Shown here piece by piece: positions 57,509 through 64,000 of a DNA stretch of 64,000 nt. The first letter of the stretch is position 1. Every line of letters starts with the position of its first letter. The position numbers were made by a program, and so were the translations under genes. The notes beneath the pieces are model-generated. The model saw only the letters and a program-made list of their open reading frames with translations. It was not told the DNA's origin and searched no databases. Where the stretch lies: positions 544,001 to 608,000 of the forward strand of contig OY969807.1 in assembly GCA_963703285.1 (NCBI GenBank), read 5' to 3'. The DNA is from an uncultured Nitrososphaerota archaeon (GTDB lineage Archaea > Thermoproteota > Nitrososphaeria > Nitrososphaerales > Gagatemarchaeaceae).

Positions 57509-59819
57509 CTAGGAAAGCGGCGCCGTGAACGAGCGCGAGAACGTCAGCCCTATCGCCGTGGTAACGGTGACCGTGTAGATCTGCCCCGGGATCCAGTCGA
57601 AGGACTCCGCCATGATTATCTTCTGCCCGGGGCTGAAGTAGAAGTTGGAAGCGAAGTTGGAGGTCGAGCGCGGCGCCAGGCCCCGTTATCACCAGCGAGA
57701 GCAGCTTGATGTCCGTGTTGCTTAGGTTCTTGAGTTCCACGACGGCCCTGGTCTCGTTGAAGGTCTGGATGACGGCGTAGATGGAGACCTTGACGGTGTA
57801 GGGCGTGAGCGGCTCCGTGCAGGCGTACGCAGGCGCGGGGCAGGCGGACGACGTGGCGTTTATCCTGATGTTCAGGTCCCCAGTCTCAGGCACCCCGACC
57901 TTCGTGTAGGTCGTCGAGTTGACGTAATACGCGGCCTGTGGAAGGGGTATGACGGTGTCTATCACGCTGGCGTTGGTGGTCGAGGCGGACCCGAACTGCG
58001 CCCAGAGCACGGGGTTGTAGACGAAACGCGAGTTGTCCGAGACGAACGCGTAGATCGTCGTGTTCTGGGGCGCGCTCGTCATGTTGACACCGAGCTCGAG
58101 CCCCTGTACCTGGTTGTAGCTCAGCCCGGTCGGAAGCTCGAAGGTCTGCGACCCGTAGTAGGTCGCGGGGTCCGGCTTCAGAGCTAGCCCCACGTTGTCT
58201 AGGTAGACCGACAGGGCGGGAGGATAGCCCGCCGACTCGGGGAACTGGCCCGGAACCGTCATCGCCACAGATATCGTGAGGGTGTAGGTGCCCGCGTACC
58301 ATCCTCCTCCCGCGGTGGTCCACGACACGGGCGGGATGAAGCAGGCGTCGCTCGTGACCCACCCGGAGGGCCCGAAGTCGTTCTGGACGGTGGGGTTCAC
58401 GTAGTAATAGTCGCTGGGGCTCGCGCCGCACGAGGTCCCGCCAATCGGAAGTTCGATCGTTCCCTTCGGTCCCTGGAGGTAGACCTGGTAGAGGACGAGG
58501 GAGTCGCGGGGGGCGTTGATCGACGCCATGTCGCTGTCCCAAGTCAGCGTGCAGCACTTGGACCCGGCGATGTTGGCCGCCGTCGCCTGGTCGAGATAGA
58601 AGGACGTGGTGAAGTCCGCGGTGCTCGTGAGCTGCTGGCCGTCCGAAATCGGCACCGAGTTGAACGATGGCTCGAAGGTCGCATACAGGCTCCCCGGCGC
58701 GCTCTCCGAGGACGCAACGAGCGTGTTGCTGTCGTAGCCCGCGGACATCCCGCTGGGGGTGAGGGGCTGCGACGGGGCCGGGTTGATGGCGGCGATGGAC
58801 GTTCCCGGCCCGAGCGCAACGATGATGAAGTTATCGTTTCCCGTTGGGGTTGGAGCGGGGTTGAACGCCGAGCCGGTCGTTATCGTCATTCCGCCGTTGC
58901 CGATGATCTCCAGACTTTGGCCCATCGCTGGTCCTGAGGTGTACTGAAGGAAGTCACCAAACCACTGGGCCGCCGTCCAAGTTGCTGCTGCGTCAGTTAG
59001 AATCGTGGGCGAAGCTGCCGTCGTGGTACCACTGAAGAGGGGGGAAGCCACCGTGGCGTTGACAGTTGCTATGGCCGTGTCGGTGAACGGGAGCATGCTG
59101 TTCTTCAGCCAAGACACGACGACGGTCATGTAGAACGTCCCGTGGGCATTTGGAACGCTCGCGGACCAGTCGAATGTCTGACTCCCACCGTTCGGCCCTA
59201 TTTCGAAGGGAAGGCTCGAGAGCCACGTGATGTTATTGCCCGTTACGTTCGGCGGGCCGGTCGCGAGGAACGTGGAGCCCCAGTTCACGGTCGTCGGTTG
59301 CGGGACCGGGACCGTCCACTGCGAGTCCACAAGGAGCGAGACCTTAGCGATCCCGTACGGCGAGCCGAGCGGATCACCATTCGTCACGGTTAGCGTAAAC
59401 GGGACTGTGGAGGGCGAAGAGGAGGAGGGGTAGATGTTCTGCGGGCTCGTCTGGACAGAGCCGGTGTCGCTCACTGGAGTGTAGCTGCGCGACGTCGTCC
59501 ATCCGTCCATGTTCGACGTGAAGTTCATGTTGCTGATGGGCAGGATCGGGTTCTGCTGGTTGTTCTGGCTCAGCGTGACGGAGCCGGTCGTCGCGTAGTT
59601 GAACGAGCTGTACGAAGTCAAACCGCCGAACACGATGTCCTGTACGCCAACCGCCTGCGCCTGGGCGCTGAGCGTGCTCGCGTTGGACGTGTGCTGACCG
59701 TCCACGTAGCTGTTGAAGGTCCCGAACATCGTCGCGAGGGCGCCGACCATCAGCACGACTATCAGGATGAAGAAGACCGCGCCGACGATGTTGGCTATCC
59801 CTGATCTTCTCGCTCTCAT
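57509..59819 (-). CDS. Large archaeal pilin-like (class III signal) protein with a +1 frameshift at ~57670
   Basis: MRARRSG|IANIVGAVFFILIVV; the frameshift-corrected tail FYFSPGQ...GQIYTVTVTTAIGLTF resembles pilin C-termini. Confidence 0.75.
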
Positions 59820-59821
59820 TC

Positions 59822-60703
59822 TCAAATCGCCGCGAGGTATCCGGTGAAGTACAGCAACAGCAGCACGGCGAGCGGCACGAAGACCACGGCCCAAAGGACT
59901 TTGTTCCACCTTAAGACCTTAGCCCCGTCCAGGGGCATCACGGGAAGCATGTTGAAAGCCCCCAGGAAGACGTTGAAGTACGAGCCGAGGAAGCCGGCGA
60001 GGAAGAGATAGGGGTTGTTCAGGTCCAGCCCGACCACATACAACGGCACGAAGAGGACCGCGATGATGACGTTGGTAAGCGGACCGGCGAATGAGATTAT
60101 CCCGTTCTCCTTGGTCCTTATGCCGTAACCTTCTATGTAGGTAGCCCCCGGCGCGGCGAATACGAAGCCGGTGAATGTCGAGATGACGAGCGCAAGCACA
60201 AGGCCCTGTGGCCACATCCGGAACTCCGCCTGGAATCCGTATCTCTGCGAAGTAAACTTGTGCATCAGCTCATGCAGTACGAACCCCGCGCCTACAGTCC
60301 CGAGCGCCATCACGAGCACCAGAGCTGTGGGTATGACCGTATGCGGCGAATTGGGGGCGCAGGTCAGAGCGACCGGGTTGCAGACGCCAATGACGTAGGC
60401 AAAGCCTTGGATGAGACCCCCGGTTTCTGCAATCGTGAACGCGGTCCCCAGGGCCAGCCATGCGATGATGATGTCCCTCACCTCGTGGCGCGTGAATGAC
60501 ATGGATATCGGCCTCCGGCCCGCTGAGACCGCGGCGTCGCTCCACGAGAAGGTGGAGGCGGTCGTCTCGGCCACCGGCCTACGGGAGAGGTCTCCGGTGC
60601 ACCTGTGCGACTCGGGGAGCCTGTGTTCCCCGCAGAACACGCCGCCGCAGTAGTTGCAGACGAAGGGCAGGGACTCCTCCTTGCCGCAGTACTGACAGTT
60701 CAA
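59822..60703 (-). CDS. AN1 zinc finger fused to M50 site-2 protease
   Basis: CQYC..LPFVCNYCGGVFCGEHRLPESHRC; HELMH; AGPLTN; FNMLPVMPLDG. Confidence 0.9.
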   Translation of the reverse strand: MNCQYCGKEESLPFVCNYCGGVFCGEHRLPESHRCTGDLSRRPVAETTASTFSWSDAAVSAGRRPISMSFTRHEVRDIIIAWLALGTAFTIAETGGLIQGFAYVIGVCNPVALTCAPNSPHTVIPTALVLVMALGTVGAGFVLHELMHKFTSQRYGFQAEFRMWPQGLVLALVISTFTGFVFAAPGATYIEGYGIRTKENGIISFAGPLTNVIIAVLFVPLYVVGLDLNNPYLFLAGFLGSYFNVFLGAFNMLPVMPLDGAKVLRWNKVLWAVVFVPLAVLLLLYFTGYLAAI

Positions 60704-60748
60704 TCGCTATTCGAGCCTTCCTCTGCCCGATATATACGGTCTCTGTGG

Positions 60749-63700
60749 CTAGATGACGCAGAACTTCACTGCGTACTGTGCGCCCGATGTCTGGACCCAT
60801 GTGAGCCCCACAGTGTTCCCTGAGTATGATATCGTCACGCCGCCAACGAGGCCCGACACTCCCGGAACCTCGACGGCCTGGGACCACGACACTGCGTAGT
60901 TCGGTGCCGCGCCCACTGTGCCCACCTGGAACGCGAGCTGGTCGTCGATGCCGTACGCGACGTAGAGGCTGCTCCCTCCGAACGCCATGGAGATGTGCCA
61001 CGAGTGGTTGACCACGGCGTTGGCCGGGATCACGGAGATCGAGAGTGCGGTGGGAGCCGAGAAGCATCCGCCGTTGGTCCCTGAGTAGCCCGCGGGGCAG
61101 GCTCCTCCGGCTGGGTTGTAGTTGAATGTGTAGAACTGGACGTCAGCCGAGCCTCCCGCGGCAGTCGCCAGGCCTGCGAAGAAGACCACGTCCGTTCCCG
61201 CTACCGGCATCACCACGCCCTGCTGCTGTTGGGTGTAGATCTGGACGCCGGACCAGCTCGCGGGGAGGTCGCTGCAGAAGCCGGACGCGAGGCTGCCGCC
61301 GAGGCAGTAGGTGTTGGACATCGTGTACCCGTGGTCGAAGACCGTTATGTGCGGATACTGGGGCGTGTTACCGACCGTGAAGGTCGCGGCGACGGCATCA
61401 GGCATCACGTAGAGCTCTGAGTGGACCTGGGAGTCGGGGCCGGTGTAGACCGCGTGCAGCTGGACGTCGCCAATCCCGCCTATAGCTGCCGGAATCTTCC
61501 AAGTCGTGAGCGTGAGCTGCCCTACCTCGACGTGCCACATCAGGTTGGAGTCGAGAGCGGGGATTGTGACCCAGATGCATCCCTCACCCGGGGAGACCGT
61601 CAGACACTGCGCCGACGAGTCGACGTAGATGTTGGGTGACCCGGCCGTGGTGAGACCCGGCGCCGTGTGCACCATCAGCATCTGGACAGGGCCGAGGCCG
61701 CAGTTGCCTGAGCACGCGGTCCACGAGATGGACGCGCCGCCAGCGTTGGCCACGACGGTACCGGAGGCAAAGTAGAAGCCGCCCGTGAACGAGGGTGAGA
61801 GCAGCACTAGGTAGACGTTGTTGTTGTAGTTGGCGACGGCGAAGGAGTACCCCTGGTCGATGCCGTTGACGATCTCCGTGGCCGGCCCCCACGAGTTGCC
61901 GGTGTTGTCCGTGCTCGCGCGGTAGACCAGGTTGGTCCCGTCCGAGTACACCACGAACCAGTGGTTGTCGGCGAAGAAGAGGGCGTTCTGGCTCCCGTAG
62001 GTTATCGCGTAGGCGCTCGTCGTGAACCCGATGGTGGTCACGCTCGGCGAGATGATGGTCAGCTGGTATGTTGAGCTCGACTGCAACCCGTCAGAGTCTG
62101 TCGCGGTCACCGTCCACGTGTAGACACCGAAGGGCGCGTTGGGCGCTATCGTAATCAGCATCGTCGAGGAGGCCCCGCTGGCGCTCGCCGGGAAGCCATT
62201 TGAGGTGTAGATGAGCGTCACTCCTGAAGGCAGGGCGCTGTTTGACAGCGTGATGACGCCGCTGCCACCCGTCGCGGTTATTGAGCAGCCCACCTGAGTT
62301 CCGACTCCCGCCGTCTCGGGCGTGCAGACGCTTATGGAGAGCGGTACAAGGAAGTTCGCGGTCGCGGTCTCAGGTCCGTTCATGGTGATCTGGATCGAGG
62401 GAGAGTCGCACGAAGGTGCGCAGGACCACCCTGACCAGTCTTCGAAGACCGCTCCGGGGGAGGTTGCGGTCGCCGTCAGGGTCGGGATCGTCCCCCCGAA
62501 GTACCACCCGGGCGACGCGCCGGCGCTGCTGGGGGGGGCGGCCGCGACCGTGCCCGCCGAGATCGGGTTAATCACCACCGTCAGGAGGTACTGTACCTCG
62601 AATGGCACTGTGACTGTGGCCGAGGGGTCCGCGGCCGACAGGGTTACCGGTGTGGGGACAGGGCCCGTGTAGGCGTACTGCGTCCCCGCAGGCAGCCATG
62701 CCTGCGGCGATGGGACGGTGTAGGTGTAGGACCCCACCGGAGCTGAGCTTATCACTATGTCCTGTGAAGTGCTCGAACACGTGTAGGTGGTTCCCGAGTC
62801 GAGGACGCACCCGGAGGATCCCGGATTCGGTATCGCTGACGGGGCGGTAACCTGCACGGACCACGAGGGCCCAATCAGATTCATGCCTGTCTCGACGAAT
62901 GCGAGTCCCGTGACCAGCGTGAAGCTGGCCGTTATGGTCCCGGTCCCGCTTATGACCGCGGTCGTGCTCGAGGACCCGGGCACTTCTATCAGGATGCTCC
63001 CGGTTTCACTCCACCCTCCGAAGCTGTAGCCGCCGATCCAGTTCCCGATGATGCTCACGCCGGGGAGACCCGCTGCCTCCCAGACCGGGGTTGCAAAGGG
63101 CACGGCCATGCCGCCGGCCGTTATCGAGCCCGTCCCCACGGGCGAGACCACGAAGGTCACCTGGAACTGGTGGTTGTAGACTATCGGGTCGGTGACCTCG
63201 TTGCTCTCGTAGATCGAGGGCCAGGAGCTTAAGCCGGGCTGAACCGTCCACTGCTCCGTGGGGAACGCACCGAGTATAGGATCGTTCACGAAGACCTGCT
63301 TCGTGGCGTCCAGCCAGACGACGTTGGCCGTGAGGTTCAGGAGGTGGGCCTTGTCGACGCCGAGCGAGTAGTAGTTTATCGTCACGCTGCTGGGGGCACC
63401 GTGGATCGCGCTGCCGTCGGAAGTTTCGTACACGAGCGTCTGTTGGAACTGGTGGTACCATACTATCGACGGGTTCGTAACGATGTTGGTGGCCGTGATG
63501 GTCCAGGATGCGGTTGGCGTGTACCAGCGCTCTCCCGAACCGCCGACGTAGGTCTGGGTCACGCTTGCCGTGGTGCCCGCGTCCATCCAGACTTGCGAGG
63601 TCGTCGCGTTGAGCGTGGGGGTCTTCACCACCCCGAACGCGGTGTAGGTTATCGGGGGCGGGCTGACCGGCGGCGTGGTCCCGTCTGAGATGGCGTACGC

Positions 63701-64000
63701 GAGGCTCTGTTCGTACTGCTTGAAGTAGGTGACCGCGAAGACGTTGCCTCCCGACGTTATGATCGGGGTGACTTGGGTGCTCGTCGGAGACAGGGTCCAC
63801 CTCGTCCCCGCAGGCACGTTGTTACCCTGCGCAGGAAATGAGACCGTCGTCCCGGCGTCCGTCCACTGAAGGGTGGTTATCGACGAAGTGCTGCCTGCCA
63901 GGGTCGCTATCGCTATCCCGGGCTGGCCGTACTGGGTCCCGTACAACACGAAGCTCACAGTGGGGTCGAAGGTCAGGCCGCCCGCGGCTGTGATCGTGTA
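60749..64000 (-). CDS. Very large surface protein/adhesin (N-terminus beyond window end)
   Basis: Frame open to 64000; repeated W.DAGT..S and Y..QY/F modules, InlB-B-repeat-like F..WS...TA.F modules, beta-propeller-like C-terminus. Confidence 0.8.
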   Translation of the reverse strand, partial: YTITAAGGLTFDPTVSFVLYGTQYGQPGIAIATLAGSTSSITTLQWTDAGTTVSFPAQGNNVPAGTRWTLSPTSTQVTPIITSGGNVFAVTYFKQYEQSLAYAISDGTTPPVSPPPITYTAFGVVKTPTLNATTSQVWMDAGTTASVTQTYVGGSGERWYTPTASWTITATNIVTNPSIVWYHQFQQTLVYETSDGSAIHGAPSSVTINYYSLGVDKAHLLNLTANVVWLDATKQVFVNDPILGAFPTEQWTVQPGLSSWPSIYESNEVTDPIVYNHQFQVTFVVSPVGTGSITAGGMAVPFATPVWEAAGLPGVSIIGNWIGGYSFGGWSETGSILIEVPGSSSTTAVISGTGTITASFTLVTGLAFVETGMNLIGPSWSVQVTAPSAIPNPGSSGCVLDSGTTYTCSSTSQDIVISSAPVGSYTYTVPSPQAWLPAGTQYAYTGPVPTPVTLSAADPSATVTVPFEVQYLLTVVINPISAGTVAAAPPSSAGASPGWYFGGTIPTLTATATSPGAVFEDWSGWSCAPSCDSPSIQITMNGPETATANFLVPLSISVCTPETAGVGTQVGCSITATGGSGVITLSNSALPSGVTLIYTSNGFPASASGASSTMLITIAPNAPFGVYTWTVTATDSDGLQSSSTYQLTIISPSVTTIGFTTSAYAITYGSQNALFFADNHWFVVYSDGTNLVYRASTDNTGNSWGPATEIVNGIDQGYSFAVANYNNNVYLVLLSPSFTGGFYFASGTVVANAGGASISWTACSGNCGLGPVQMLMVHTAPGLTTAGSPNIYVDSSAQCLTVSPGEGCIWVTIPALDSNLMWHVEVGQLTLTTWKIPAAIGGIGDVQLHAVYTGPDSQVHSELYVMPDAVAATFTVGNTPQYPHITVFDHGYTMSNTYCLGGSLASGFCSDLPASWSGVQIYTQQQQGVVMPVAGTDVVFFAGLATAAGGSADVQFYTFNYNPAGGACPAGYSGTNGGCFSAPTALSISVIPANAVVNHSWHISMAFGGSSLYVAYGIDDQLAFQVGTVGAAPNYAVSWSQAVEVPGVSGLVGGVTISYSGNTVGLTWVQTSGAQYAVKFCVI

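Overview
GC-rich archaeal DNA. Evidence for this is TATA-like promoters, an intron-bearing tRNA, an aRF1 homologue, an archaeal MutS-like ATPase and a class III signal peptide. The conserved hypotheticals suggest Nitrososphaerota, probably a non-ammonia-oxidising lineage (inference). From left to right the window holds: a Kelch-like surface protein, a VapBC pair, a deacetylase/hydantoinase/DUF917/Dpp-ABC catabolic cluster broken at dppD, small regulators, HicBA, a Tat-exported gluconate-2-dehydrogenase-like pair, a ~17 kb AT-richer glycan locus with an IS3 relic, a tRNA-Arg 3' relic, an NHL/Ig surface protein, an AbrB-RelE pair, a MarR operon with two B12-type radical SAM genes (lipid-modifying candidates), an MFS transporter, a MutS-like ATPase, a divergent aRF1 paralogue (GGW instead of GGQ), and large pilin/adhesin genes. 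The most striking feature is at 53.2-56.7 kb. A degenerate tRNA-Leu(GAG) is followed by four different toxin-antitoxin modules of about 0.8 kb each, separated by a conserved ~55 bp hairpin + tRNA-3'-end repeat, with no integrase in the window. This resembles an integron-like, tRNA-anchored cassette array. A similar tRNA-like direct repeat at 10.6/11.6 kb brackets an uncharacterised two-gene module. All family calls come from motif recognition by eye; no database searches were run.
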